Assembly (NCBI GenBank): GCA_038896535.1
Contig: JAWACY010000002.1
Coordinates: forward strand, 96,001-160,000
Origin: Candidatus Anstonellales archaeon
GTDB lineage: Archaea; Micrarchaeota; Micrarchaeia; Anstonellales; J096
Reading direction: 5' to 3'
DNA length: 64,000 nt
Shown here: in pieces, positions 40,774-50,265 of the stretch
How the letters are laid out: each line of letters begins with the position of its first letter
Position numbering within the stretch: position 1 is the first letter of the stretch
Notes under the pieces: generated by a model
Database searches by the model: none
What the model saw: only the letters and a program-made list of their open reading frames with translations
Told to the model about the DNA's origin: nothing
Program-made: the position numbers and the translations under genes

Positions 40774-41742
40774 ATGGATGCAAAAAAAGCTCTTGCTATC
40801 TTTATTGCATTAATATTACTTGGGGAAGCTTTATATTTAATATTTATAAATAATCAAAGAGTAAATATAGGCAACAATAATGAAGAACAAAGAGAGCTTT
40901 TTACTGCTATTATAAAAGCAAAAATAGTGAAGCTTGACAGGATAACAACAAAAAATAGCGATTTAGCAAATGCATTAAGTTTTTGCAACCAAAATAAAAT
41001 AATGGATGATTACATAATAAGCTGCCAAGAGCAGGGCAATTTGAGCAGTATTTTAAAAAATTTCGATGGTTTTAACAGCACTACATTCAGATATAAGATT
41101 AATACAGAGAAAGTCATTACAAAGGTAAGCCAAGGCAATTTCACGCAAGACATGGATATTACACTACCATATTACATAGAATTAAATGGAACAATAGAGC
41201 TTGAGGGCACAGCAACAATAATAAATGATTCAATATCAAGCATAAGTATAAACAGCATATACACAAAGAGAGACTTAATAAATGAGAGCGCTAAAGTGTT
41301 AGAATCAAAAATTATTAATTATTTATATTCAATACCATTTGATTATAGAAATATCATTCCAAAAAATAATGAATCAAATATTAATATTAGAAATGTTGTT
41401 TATACAAACATGACAAATATAGAAAAACCAGATTTTGTATCATTTGTTGGAGAAGGGTATATAATAGTAAATGACGCTGTTAATGCAGAAGAAGTAAAAA
41501 AGTATTACAAAGATGCTGTGATGCCAAATATCATTTATGAAACAAAAGAAAAGATTAATAATAATTATAATTTCAGTTATTCAATTTTATATAATCTAAC
41601 TTTAAACACAAGTATTGGGCTAATAAACACATCTTATAATAGCAATAAAACAATAAATGAGGGAGAATATTTAAACATATCAATTGATTTAATAAAGTCA
41701 GGCGATTTAATAATAAGTAAAAAATTAACAATTATTGGTTGA
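40774..41742 (+). CDS. Membrane-anchored extracellular hypothetical protein
   Basis: N-terminal TM, Asn-rich with many sequons. Confidence 0.75.
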   Translation: MDAKKALAIFIALILLGEALYLIFINNQRVNIGNNNEEQRELFTAIIKAKIVKLDRITTKNSDLANALSFCNQNKIMDDYIISCQEQGNLSSILKNFDGFNSTTFRYKINTEKVITKVSQGNFTQDMDITLPYYIELNGTIELEGTATIINDSISSISINSIYTKRDLINESAKVLESKIINYLYSIPFDYRNIIPKNNESNINIRNVVYTNMTNIEKPDFVSFVGEGYIIVNDAVNAEEVKKYYKDAVMPNIIYETKEKINNNYNFSYSILYNLTLNTSIGLINTSYNSNKTINEGEYLNISIDLIKSGDLIISKKLTIIG

Positions 41743-41820
41743 TTTTATTAAGATTTTATTGTTTATTAAGATTTTATTGATGGCCACATTAATAATCAAT
41801 TTATTTAATAATTAAGTTAT

Positions 41821-43815
41821 TTAATAACCAATTTCATTATTTTTTAGTCTCATGATCTCTAGCTCATCTATATACTTTTTGAAGATTTTTAATAATATGG
41901 GCTTAACAATTTTCATAGACAAAATCCTTATAAATGAAGCTGGCGCTGAAAAAAGCGTTTTTATGCTTAGCCTTTCTTTTTTATCTTTTGAAACTTGTAT
42001 GTTCAATATGAAATTTCTTAAATTATCATTAGCATAAAATGCAATTAATTTTTCTGTTCTTATTATATGTAGCAGTTCAACATAGCTCTTAATCGATCTC
42101 TGCCCATATTTAATAAGAGATGAGATTATTGGCTCTTTAATATCATTTCTTGCGTATAACCCCTCAGCTTCAAACAACTTATTTAATTCATTTAGATAAT
42201 TTAAAAATGACCTATTATCATATAAGCTTTTTTTCTCTTCTATCAATCTATCCAAAAATGAAGCAGCGATATTTGACATAATGTTAAGCTTTGTAAAAAA
42301 TCCTATTTTGCTCTCTTTAAAAATATCTCTTATCTCATAAAAGTCTATATAGCTATCAGCATTTTTAACATAAAATGGCAAAAGATAAATTAATTTATTT
42401 CTTACAATAAATGAATAATCACCATCAATAAATTTGTAGAATTCAAACTCTTTGTACTTTTCATTTAATACTTTCAATACTTCATTATCAAAAGCTATGT
42501 TGCTGAACTGTTTTGTTTTTGCCATGCTATAAACAAAATCATTTATAATTTCATTAACAGCTCTGACTAAATATATATCGTTAATATTATCAGAATTGAG
42601 CGTTTTTATTAAATTACATACAAACATTGAATAATATAACAAAAATGCTTTTCGTTCTTTTTCTGATTCTGATATTGGGTCACTCTTATTTCTTTGCTTT
42701 CTGTAATCACTAACTTCATTCTTCACTTTTTCTTTTATTCTCCTAACTACAAAAATTGGGATGCCGGCATTATTAAAATAAGAATCAACGCTTTCTAATG
42801 CTGGGTTGGTCTGTTTAAATAATAGTTCATCATAAGCCTTATCCATAACTTCTATAAATAGTCTCTTCCTACGTTCATGCATTATATAGTTTTCAAGATT
42901 AATTGGTATTCTGTAATCAAGCATTGATAAGCTGCCCGTATCAATATTTAGCGCTAAAGATGGGGTGTATATTATTTCATTCATAACACAAATGCCCAAT
43001 GGCCTTAAAACTAATTTTCCTTTTTCAAAATTTACCACATCACACATCAATCTTAGTATTTTTTCATGTTCTGAGAATAAAGCATTTAGCCATTCATGCC
43101 TTACAGGCTTATAAAAAAGCCTTATTTTATCAAATCCATATTTAAAAGCCATATTCAGGGCAATTATTAACTGCATCGGGTTTCTAAATGCCTTATCTTC
43201 CTTAACATTATCCTGATCAAAATAATAATCTGGGTATTTTTTATCATTATTATTAAATTCCACATCATAGCAATTGTTTTTATCAGCACGGGTAAATTTA
43301 AAGCTATATGAGATTTGTAAATGTGTTCTATAATCATTTCCAACAATCATATACCTAGGCCCAGATAATGATAATAGGTCTTTTTTTATGTAATCTTGCC
43401 CATCTTCTTCATTTTTTGATTTTATATCAAATGCATTTTTTAATATAAAATGATGAATCCTTAAATAGCGCAACTCATTAACAATATCGCTTCCAAATAT
43501 GTAAATAAGTAACCTATCAAATTTCTCTGATACTGGGGGAAAATGTTCATTTAAAAATACTTTACTCGGGTGATAGCCATCTATGCCAATTATTTCTTGC
43601 CTAAACTCTGATAAATTTTTGTCTACTTCAAATATTTTATCTATTAATGTTCCAGCCACTTTTATTTGCTCTGCTAATTTAGCATTTAATTTGTCATAAA
43701 AACTGCTATCAGTTCTTAAAAAAATCTTCCTGCATTTTATGAGCTGTTTTTTCAAAGCTTGCAAATAATCATGTCTTTCAATTATTAATCTTTTTCTTGT
43801 ATCAAAGCCCCCCAT
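41821..43815 (-). CDS. Orphan protein (664 aa)
   Basis: Long ORF with upstream TATA-like box. Confidence 0.8.
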   Translation of the reverse strand: MGGFDTRKRLIIERHDYLQALKKQLIKCRKIFLRTDSSFYDKLNAKLAEQIKVAGTLIDKIFEVDKNLSEFRQEIIGIDGYHPSKVFLNEHFPPVSEKFDRLLIYIFGSDIVNELRYLRIHHFILKNAFDIKSKNEEDGQDYIKKDLLSLSGPRYMIVGNDYRTHLQISYSFKFTRADKNNCYDVEFNNNDKKYPDYYFDQDNVKEDKAFRNPMQLIIALNMAFKYGFDKIRLFYKPVRHEWLNALFSEHEKILRLMCDVVNFEKGKLVLRPLGICVMNEIIYTPSLALNIDTGSLSMLDYRIPINLENYIMHERRKRLFIEVMDKAYDELLFKQTNPALESVDSYFNNAGIPIFVVRRIKEKVKNEVSDYRKQRNKSDPISESEKERKAFLLYYSMFVCNLIKTLNSDNINDIYLVRAVNEIINDFVYSMAKTKQFSNIAFDNEVLKVLNEKYKEFEFYKFIDGDYSFIVRNKLIYLLPFYVKNADSYIDFYEIRDIFKESKIGFFTKLNIMSNIAASFLDRLIEEKKSLYDNRSFLNYLNELNKLFEAEGLYARNDIKEPIISSLIKYGQRSIKSYVELLHIIRTEKLIAFYANDNLRNFILNIQVSKDKKERLSIKTLFSAPASFIRILSMKIVKPILLKIFKKYIDELEIMRLKNNEIGY

Positions 43816-43948
43816 AAAATAAAATAGAATTCGTTTTTTAAAATTTTACTTCCAATAAGCAATTCACAATAATTCAAGATAAACTTTTACTCCTACTAAT
43901 CTCCAATTTATTCTTTCCCTTATTTTTCCAATGCTTTATCATTTTTTC

Positions 43949-45331
43949 TTATCTTTTGCCTGCTCTTATTATTTTTTGCCCAGCCGCCTTTCTTAATAGC
44001 TCAGCTATTTCTTTATAGACATTTTCAGCAGCCAATGTTAAAGCTGTTCTGCCTTTATTATCTTTAACATTGATATCTGCTCCTTTTTCTATTAATAATT
44101 TAACTCCCTCTAATTTAACTTTTTCTTTTTTGTTATTGTAACCATCAATAAGAGTCATTAAAGCAGTTTCTCCTCTATTATTTATGATATTTGGATTAAC
44201 GCCTGCTTTTAATAGTAATTCAGTTATTTCATTGGTTTCATGAATCCCATAAGTAGAATATATTAAAGCAGTATTGCCTTCTTTATCTTTAACATTGATA
44301 TCTGCTCCTTTTTCTATTAATAATTTAATTGCTTCTACATTACCGTAAGGAGTGTCAACAGCATAAATTAAAGCTGTTTTTTCTTCATCATCTCTTGCAT
44401 TTACATCTACTCCTTTTTCTATTAATAATTTAATTATCTCTATATAGCCTCTGTAAGCAGCTAACATTAAAGCTGTTCTGCCTTTATTATCTTTAGCATT
44501 TACATCTACTCCTAATTCTATTAATGATTTAACTGCTTTTTTATTGCCAATGTTAGCAGCATACATTAAAGCAATGGCCCCATATCTACTTTTAATGCTT
44601 TCTTTTGCTCCTGATTTTATTAATAATTCAAGTATTTCTACATCACCATTTGCTGCAAAATATACCAAAGCAGTATTGCCATATTTATCTTTAGCGTTTA
44701 CATCTATGCCTGATTTTATTAATAATTCAACTGCTTCTTTATTTTCATATTCAGAAAAAGCAGCATGCATTAAAGCTGTTCTGCCATCTATATCTTGAGC
44801 ATTTACATATGCCCCTAATTTTATTAATAATTTAATTGCCTCTGCATTGCCTCTTGAAGCGCTATAAATTAAAGCTGTCCTGCCTTTATTATCTTGAGCA
44901 TTTACATATGCCCCTTTTAACAAAGCTTTGACAATCATGGCAATTTTTCTCTTTCGACAATTAACCATTAGTTTTCCGTTTTCTTTCTGGATCTGCACAA
45001 ATCTATAATATTTTTTTAATTTTGCATTTATTTCTTCATTTATCTCCTTAAAAGCAATTGCTAATATTCCACTTTCATCATTTATTACTCTTTCTGCTAT
45101 TTCCTTATACCTCTTCTGTCTGGCTAAGCTAAGGATTTCCTTCTTTTTTTCTTCTATTGTATTTTTTATCGTATTTTTTTCCTCATCTACTAATGGCTGC
45201 TTATTATGAAATGCATTACCATATTTATTAGAATTAGATACATTATTTCCTTCTTGCTTTACATTGTTCCCTTCTTGCTTTACTACTTTAATCACATTTT
45301 TAATTTCTCCACTTCCCATCATCTTACCCAA
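43949..45331 (-). CDS. Ankyrin-repeat protein (~9 repeats)
   Basis: Repeated DVNAKDxxGxTALxxA...xVKLLIxxGA units; start may be ATG 45322. Confidence 0.95.
   Translation of the reverse strand: MGKMMGSGEIKNVIKVVKQEGNNVKQEGNNVSNSNKYGNAFHNKQPLVDEEKNTIKNTIEEKKKEILSLARQKRYKEIAERVINDESGILAIAFKEINEEINAKLKKYYRFVQIQKENGKLMVNCRKRKIAMIVKALLKGAYVNAQDNKGRTALIYSASRGNAEAIKLLIKLGAYVNAQDIDGRTALMHAAFSEYENKEAVELLIKSGIDVNAKDKYGNTALVYFAANGDVEILELLIKSGAKESIKSRYGAIALMYAANIGNKKAVKSLIELGVDVNAKDNKGRTALMLAAYRGYIEIIKLLIEKGVDVNARDDEEKTALIYAVDTPYGNVEAIKLLIEKGADINVKDKEGNTALIYSTYGIHETNEITELLLKAGVNPNIINNRGETALMTLIDGYNNKKEKVKLEGVKLLIEKGADINVKDNKGRTALTLAAENVYKEIAELLRKAAGQKIIRAGKR
45123..45221. repeat. 99-bp dispersed repeat, copy 1 (copy 2 at 61356-61454)
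   Basis: Direct comparison: identical except 2 nt; encodes GNAFHNKQPLVxxEKNTIKNTIEEKKKEILSLA. Confidence 0.9.
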
Positions 45332-45434
45332 ATAAATAGGTTTATATTTATTTTATAGCAGTTTTTAAAAATGTATTTTTTATTTATTTTTTATTTTCAT
45401 TTATTTTGCTGTTATTAAGCAATTGTCGAAATGT

Positions 45435-45842
45435 ATGGTTAAAGATTTTAAAAATGGAAGAAATATTAAACAATGCATGAAAACAAACACAACAAATACA
45501 ATAACAAAAGGAGTAAATAGATTGGAAAATTGGCAGAGACAGGAAAATGAGCAGGAGAAAAAAGAGAAAAATGGGCAAATAGGAAAAGATAAATCAAATA
45601 AAAAAGACAAATTTATAGAAGCAATAAAAAGAGGAGATATTACATCTGTTGAGAGGTATTTAAAAAATGGGGTTAATCCAAACACAAAAGAAAAGAGAAC
45701 AGGGTTTTATGCTGTTGAAGTTGCTATATGGTTCGGGAAAGAAAACATAGTAGAATTATTAAAAGAATATGGAGCAAACATGAAAATAGCAGAAGATTTC
45801 AGAAAAAAAATAGAACTTGGGCCTCTTTTTCCGTACTTTTAA
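45435..45842 (+). CDS. Short ankyrin-repeat protein
   Basis: AIKRGDITSVERYLKNGVNPN...AIWFGKENIVELLKEYGAN; start uncertain. Confidence 0.8.
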   Translation: MVKDFKNGRNIKQCMKTNTTNTITKGVNRLENWQRQENEQEKKEKNGQIGKDKSNKKDKFIEAIKRGDITSVERYLKNGVNPNTKEKRTGFYAVEVAIWFGKENIVELLKEYGANMKIAEDFRKKIELGPLFPYF

Positions 45843-45879
45843 ATTTTTTTAAATATTTTTTAAACTATTTAATTAAAGA

Positions 45880-46389
45880 TTAATGCCCATCTTTGATGCC
45901 CATCTTTGATAATATATAATTAGATATGTGCTTTGCATTTTCGCCTAAAAGAAAAACAGGGCCCTTGTCTTTTATCCCATACGTTATAACATGCTCTTTT
46001 GTAGCATAAGCCATAAATGCAAGCCCTGCAATATCTTCTTCTCCTTTTATCAATAAAGCTCCGCCATTTAGCATTAAATGTTTGGCAATGCCCAAAAGCT
46101 CTTTATTAAATGTCCCAGCATTATTTTTTGCCTGCATTATATGCCTGAATGTTTGCTTTAACCTTGCTTTATCTTCTTCTCTTATTTCTTTTCTCAAATT
46201 CCTAAAATCGAATACAGCGACAAAGGGCTTAAACCCATAATCTAAACATGATAGCGTTACAACATCTCCTACGCATACTAAATTTCTATTATTGGCTTGA
46301 GCAAAATCAATAATATTGTTAATATCGCAAATACTTCCAAATGGACTTGCTAAAACTTTCCTGAGCTCTTCATTTATTTTTATTTCCAT
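45880..46389 (-). CDS. GTP-dependent dephospho-CoA kinase (DUF359)
   Basis: PFG, VGDVVT, N.AG, GEEDI, YG. Confidence 0.88.
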   Translation of the reverse strand: MEIKINEELRKVLASPFGSICDINNIIDFAQANNRNLVCVGDVVTLSCLDYGFKPFVAVFDFRNLRKEIREEDKARLKQTFRHIMQAKNNAGTFNKELLGIAKHLMLNGGALLIKGEEDIAGLAFMAYATKEHVITYGIKDKGPVFLLGENAKHISNYILSKMGIKDGH

Positions 46390-46432
46390 TTTATCATGCA
46401 CTAAAAGCTAATAAAAGGAAGCTAATAAAAAG

Positions 46433-46792
46433 CTAATCCCTTGTAATATCGAAAATTGTTTTTATGCCAACAATCAATATTACTGGGGCTAGAAAGAGTA
46501 TTAATGCTTTTAAAAATAGTAGTAATGGCTCGGTTATAAATGCTGGCATTATATCGCTTGTTAAATTGCTCTTTAAAAATTCACTTGCAATTATAACTGC
46601 TGTGACTGAAACAAGCAGTTTTACAACCTCTTCTGGTGTTATATTCAATAAGCCCACTATAAAACCAAACAATAATATTGAGATTAATATGATATTGTTT
46701 TGTAGGAATACATAAACAACACAAGCTATTATTCCAACAATAAAAGATGTCGTCCCTATAATATCAAAAATATTTGTTTTCTGCTCAGGCAT
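46433..46792 (-). CDS. Small membrane protein (~4 TM)
   Basis: Hydrophobic 119-aa ORF, GFIVGLLNI..EE, SD GGTGG. Confidence 0.8.
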   Translation of the reverse strand: MPEQKTNIFDIIGTTSFIVGIIACVVYVFLQNNIILISILLFGFIVGLLNITPEEVVKLLVSVTAVIIASEFLKSNLTSDIMPAFITEPLLLFLKALILFLAPVILIVGIKTIFDITRD

Positions 46793-46806
46793 TCAACCAC
46801 CAAAAA

Positions 46807-47025
46807 TCAAAGGGAATAAATATAGACTATTGAATCTCCTCTTAAAAACATCTTTTCAGCATTTATTTCCTGGCCGTTTTCAAGCTTCATATTAACTTTT
46901 AGCAATGATAGGTTTAAATGTATGTCATATGCAACAAGCTTTGCTTTTATTTCTCTATTCCCTTTTATGCCTATAACAACATCTTTGCCAACCATCTCAT
47001 TTATATAATCAAAGGGTTTTGCCAT
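46807..47025 (-). CDS. Sm-like (Lsm) RNA-binding protein
   Basis: KLVAYDIHLNLSL, FLRGDSIVYI. Confidence 0.95.
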   Translation of the reverse strand: MAKPFDYINEMVGKDVVIGIKGNREIKAKLVAYDIHLNLSLLKVNMKLENGQEINAEKMFLRGDSIVYIYSL

Positions 47026-47042
47026 TTTATCAACCTTCTTAT

Positions 47043-47357
47043 TTAACTGCTTGATTGTTGATTACTTTGTTTAGCATCATTTAAAAAACCTTCCCTTTTT
47101 TGTATGTAAACTGGCTCGACTCTTTTTAATACTTCCTTGTCAGCATAAACATAAAATGTTACCCTTATTGCCCTCAAACCAGCCCTTTGTTCTATTTTCT
47201 TAATTATAGTTAACTCTGGGTCTTTTCCAATAGCTGATATTATAGCACTTTTTATCTCTGCTCTTGTTGGGGTTGCTTTATCAAAATGCAAATCAGCAAT
47301 ATATTCTTCCCTTCCTATTGCATTATTATCATTTTTTGTTATTATATTTATTTTCAT
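47043..47357 (-). CDS. rps24e: 30S ribosomal protein S24e
   Basis: N.AIGREE, ATPTRAEI. Confidence 0.9.
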   Translation of the reverse strand: MKINIITKNDNNAIGREEYIADLHFDKATPTRAEIKSAIISAIGKDPELTIIKKIEQRAGLRAIRVTFYVYADKEVLKRVEPVYIQKREGFLNDAKQSNQQSSS

Positions 47358-47361
47358 CTTA

Positions 47362-47763
47362 TCACTCTTTAAATACTCTTAAAACTGCTTTTCTGCCTAA
47401 TGCTTCCATAACTTCTATCTCTTTGCCTTCTGCGACCTCATTTTTTAGCTCATCTGGAATTATCACATCAAATGTTTCATAATTATCTTTATCCATTACA
47501 TTAGCGATATTGCCATTTATTGCTAAAACCTGTGCTGTTCTCTTTTTAACAACAGGCACTTCAACACTTGCATCAGTAGGCACTAAGAGTGTCTTTTTTT
47601 GATTATCAAATATGCCTATTGCAGTAACTCTCATTTTTGCTGAGCCATGCTTGCCTGGTTTTGACACTTCTATGCTTACAACTTTGCAAGGAATGTCATC
47701 AATAACTACAAACCTCCCGACTTTCAATTCTTTTGCTTCAACCTTTATTACTTCATCTGTCAT
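47362..47763 (-). CDS. eif5a: Translation factor aIF5A
   Basis: SKPGKHGSAK hypusine site. Confidence 0.98.
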   Translation of the reverse strand: MTDEVIKVEAKELKVGRFVVIDDIPCKVVSIEVSKPGKHGSAKMRVTAIGIFDNQKKTLLVPTDASVEVPVVKKRTAQVLAINGNIANVMDKDNYETFDVIIPDELKNEVAEGKEIEVMEALGRKAVLRVFKE

Positions 47764-48248
47764 AACAATCCCCTTGATTTTCTGCCTGCTTTTGTTAAGC
47801 CTCTGAATGCCCTGCCTGTTCTTTTTACTACATTTGAAGCATGCTTATCTTTAACATCTCTGGTAGCAAGCAAAACCTCATAAAATACATGCTGTCCATC
47901 TTCCCCAACATAATAACTTCCTAAAACTTCTGCATTTCTGTGCTTTCTAGCAACCCTTTGTTCAGCAATTGCCTGCTTATTCAATGAGGTTTGAATATAT
48001 CTATAATTATGCCTAGCTTTTCTTCCTGCCTTTGGAGATGGTCTTTTTCTAAGCCCTTTTTTAACCATGCATCTAACAACAAAAAATCCTTTTTTCGCCT
48101 TATATCCAAGCGCTCTAGCCCTTTCAGGATTTAAAGGCTTATCTACTCTTACAATTGCGCCTTGCTTTCTCCATTCAGCAAGCCTGTTTTTGTAGTAATC
48201 AGGCCTTGTCTTAAATGTTTGTTGAAAATTCTTCATTATATGTCCCAT
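47760..48248 (-). CDS. rpl15e: 50S ribosomal protein L15e (short form)
   Basis: ARALGYKAKKG, IAEQRVARK, GRAFRGLT.AGRKSRGL. Confidence 0.96.
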   Translation of the reverse strand: MGHIMKNFQQTFKTRPDYYKNRLAEWRKQGAIVRVDKPLNPERARALGYKAKKGFFVVRCMVKKGLRKRPSPKAGRKARHNYRYIQTSLNKQAIAEQRVARKHRNAEVLGSYYVGEDGQHVFYEVLLATRDVKDKHASNVVKRTGRAFRGLTKAGRKSRGLL

Positions 48249-48257
48249 ATTACCGCC

Positions 48258-48635
48258 TCATGCTTCTTTATTTATGATCATAATTGCCTTTGCGATATCG
48301 CCTTTTGCTTTTTTTAATGCCTGTTCAGCTATTTCTTTGCTTACATTTGCCTGCTTTGACACAAAATCTACATCAGCAGCATTTATTTTATAAACTTCTT
48401 GCATTTCTTGCCTTTCTTCTCCAGCTTCATGTTTTTCCTTTTCTTCCTTTATTACCTTGCCTTCTACTATAAATGTTTTTTTGCCTGCCTGTTCCATTTC
48501 AATTACTGAAGGCGTTTCTATCTTTATTTCATGTTTTGTTGTTTTAATAATAACTTCAACTGCATCAATACTATCAACCTTTATACCGGCCTGCTTGAGC
48601 ATTGCCATCATTTTTTCTCTACTCATACCAAACAT
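48258..48635 (-). CDS. nac: Nascent polypeptide-associated complex protein
   Basis: MMAMLKQAGI, DVDFVSKQANVS...GDIAKAI UBA domain. Confidence 0.93.
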   Translation of the reverse strand: MFGMSREKMMAMLKQAGIKVDSIDAVEVIIKTTKHEIKIETPSVIEMEQAGKKTFIVEGKVIKEEKEKHEAGEERQEMQEVYKINAADVDFVSKQANVSKEIAEQALKKAKGDIAKAIMIINKEA

Positions 48636-48651
48636 GTTCTCATCTCTATAA

Positions 48652-49245
48652 TCATGCTGCTATAATTTTTTGCTCGCTTTTCCTTACAATAACATGTGAA
48701 ACTGGATTTATCTTATTAAGCTCTCTTCCTAAATCCTTTGCAAATGTATCTAATAATATACTCTTTATTAACTCTTCTCTTGTTTTACTGCTTGCTGCTT
48801 TTAAAACAAATGCCTTTGCTGCTTTTCTAAGATTTTTCTTTACTACTTCTGAAACTTTTCTCAATGTTATTATGACAATCTTAAGCCTTATTTTCTGCCC
48901 ATCATTTGTATTGACATCAATGACTTCATGTATAACACTCCTATGTTTTCTTGCAAGGCTCCTTAAATATGATTGTGCAACTTCATGGCCTATGAATTCT
49001 GTTTTTACTGTTCCTTGGCCGAGTTCAATTACTCTTAACAAAACTGTTGTATAAAGGCTTAAAGGAGATGCCTTTATATCTTCAAGCTCGTTCAAAGCCA
49101 CTTTTATTATTCTATTTATTACTGTATCCTTCCTTCCTATAAGCTCACCAACTTGTTTATTATTAAATAATGCTGGAGCAATGATAGCATATTCAGTTTT
49201 TTGTTTTCCTTTTTCTGCTTTTGCTGCTCTTGTTCTTCTTGCCAT
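48652..49245 (-). CDS. rps3ae: 30S ribosomal protein S3Ae (eS1)
   Basis: Y.IIAPALF, TEFIGHE..QSYLRSL, IVRKSE. Confidence 0.93.
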   Translation of the reverse strand: MARRTRAAKAEKGKQKTEYAIIAPALFNNKQVGELIGRKDTVINRIIKVALNELEDIKASPLSLYTTVLLRVIELGQGTVKTEFIGHEVAQSYLRSLARKHRSVIHEVIDVNTNDGQKIRLKIVIITLRKVSEVVKKNLRKAAKAFVLKAASSKTREELIKSILLDTFAKDLGRELNKINPVSHVIVRKSEQKIIAA

Positions 49246-49258
49246 TTTATCACTCTTA

Positions 49259-49720
49259 TTATGCTCTTATAAGTGCTGCTGCCTCTTCTGGGTCATATTT
49301 CCATGTAGCACTTATCTCGCCTTTTTTCTTATAATATGAAGCAAGCCTGTTTATTTTGCTCAAAATATGGTTATATTTAACCCTATTTGCAATGTCCTTC
49401 TTATTCTTTTTCAAATGCTCCCATAACCTGACAGCTTTTCTAATTAAGTTAAGCATGTCCTCAGGCATTTTTGTATATATTTTTTCCTGCTTGAGAAATT
49501 GTTTCATGCTAACTCCTGTAAGCCCTTTGAATGAAGGCACACCATACTGGTCTCTTAAAATTACTCCTATATTTGCAGTACTATTGCCCTGCCTAAAAAG
49601 TTTTTTTACAATGTCCTTTGCCTCTTCTGCATTTAACTGCGCAAATGCTGGACTGCTTTTCTTCCTGCCAGCAAATTTACTTGAACTTTTTCCTTTTTTC
49701 TTTGAATGCAATCTTGCCAT
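49259..49720 (-). CDS. rps15: 30S ribosomal protein S15 (uS15)
   Basis: MARLHSKKKGKS, ILRDQYGVP, PEDMLNLIRKA. Confidence 0.97.
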   Translation of the reverse strand: MARLHSKKKGKSSSKFAGRKKSSPAFAQLNAEEAKDIVKKLFRQGNSTANIGVILRDQYGVPSFKGLTGVSMKQFLKQEKIYTKMPEDMLNLIRKAVRLWEHLKKNKKDIANRVKYNHILSKINRLASYYKKKGEISATWKYDPEEAAALIRA

Positions 49721-50035
49721 TTAATCACCCAATTCAATCATATTTTCTTTATACCCCATCTTTATGAGCAATTCTTTTGCCTTTTTTTTATGCTCACCTT
49801 GCAACATTATCTTATCATCTTTTAAAGACCCACCGCAAGCAAGTTTTGATTTCAACTGCTTGAAAATTTCTTTTATCTGGCTCTTTTCTATGCCTTCAAC
49901 AATTGTTATAAATTTCTTGAACTTTGCTTTTGCAGTATATATTTTTATTCTTTTAACCGCTCCTTCTCTTGTCAATGTATCACAAACGCAAAGTTCAAGT
50001 GGTAAATTACATGTAGGACATTTTTCTCCTATTAT
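49721..50035 (-). CDS. sui1: Translation initiation factor aIF1 (SUI1), probable non-AUG (ATA) start
   Basis: LKSKLACGG..K..KIMLQGEH core. The conserved N-terminal CPTCNLPLELCVC lies in frame upstream of the track's TTG start, with no ATG/GTG/TTG before the in-frame TAA at 50051-50053. Confidence 0.9.
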   Translation of the reverse strand: MIGEKCPTCNLPLELCVCDTLTREGAVKRIKIYTAKAKFKKFITIVEGIEKSQIKEIFKQLKSKLACGGSLKDDKIMLQGEHKKKAKELLIKMGYKENMIELGD

Positions 50036-50039
50036 AATA

Positions 50040-50060
50040 TCAACCTCCTCTTACTGCCAT
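50040..50060 (-). promoter_or_regulatory. 6-codon uORF (MAVRGG*) containing the aIF1 Shine-Dalgarno GGAGGTTGA
   Basis: ATG GCA GTA AGA GGA GGT TGA between the rpl29 stop and aIF1. Confidence 0.55.
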
Positions 50061-50068
50061 TATATATT

Positions 50069-50257
50069 TTAACTTGCATAACCTCCTTTTTCAAACTCTT
50101 TACCATGTATGAATGTTATTATTCTTGCTCGCATCCTTTTTAATTTCTTTATTTTCACTTCATCCTGGGCTGATAAAGCAAGCATCTCCTTCTCAATATT
50201 TTCAAGCTGCTTTTTCAGCTCATCAACAGGCATTGATTTCAATTCTTTTTTCTTCAT
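50069..50257 (-). CDS. rpl29: 50S ribosomal protein L29
   Basis: KELKSM..DEL...IKKLKRMRARIIT; operon position. Confidence 0.92.
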   Translation of the reverse strand: MKKKELKSMPVDELKKQLENIEKEMLALSAQDEVKIKKLKRMRARIITFIHGKEFEKGGYAS

Positions 50258-50265
50258 TCTACCAC

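Noticed and set aside
49721..49975. Track's TTG start for aIF1
   Set aside because: It would delete the conserved N-terminal CxxC...CxC knuckle and has no SD.
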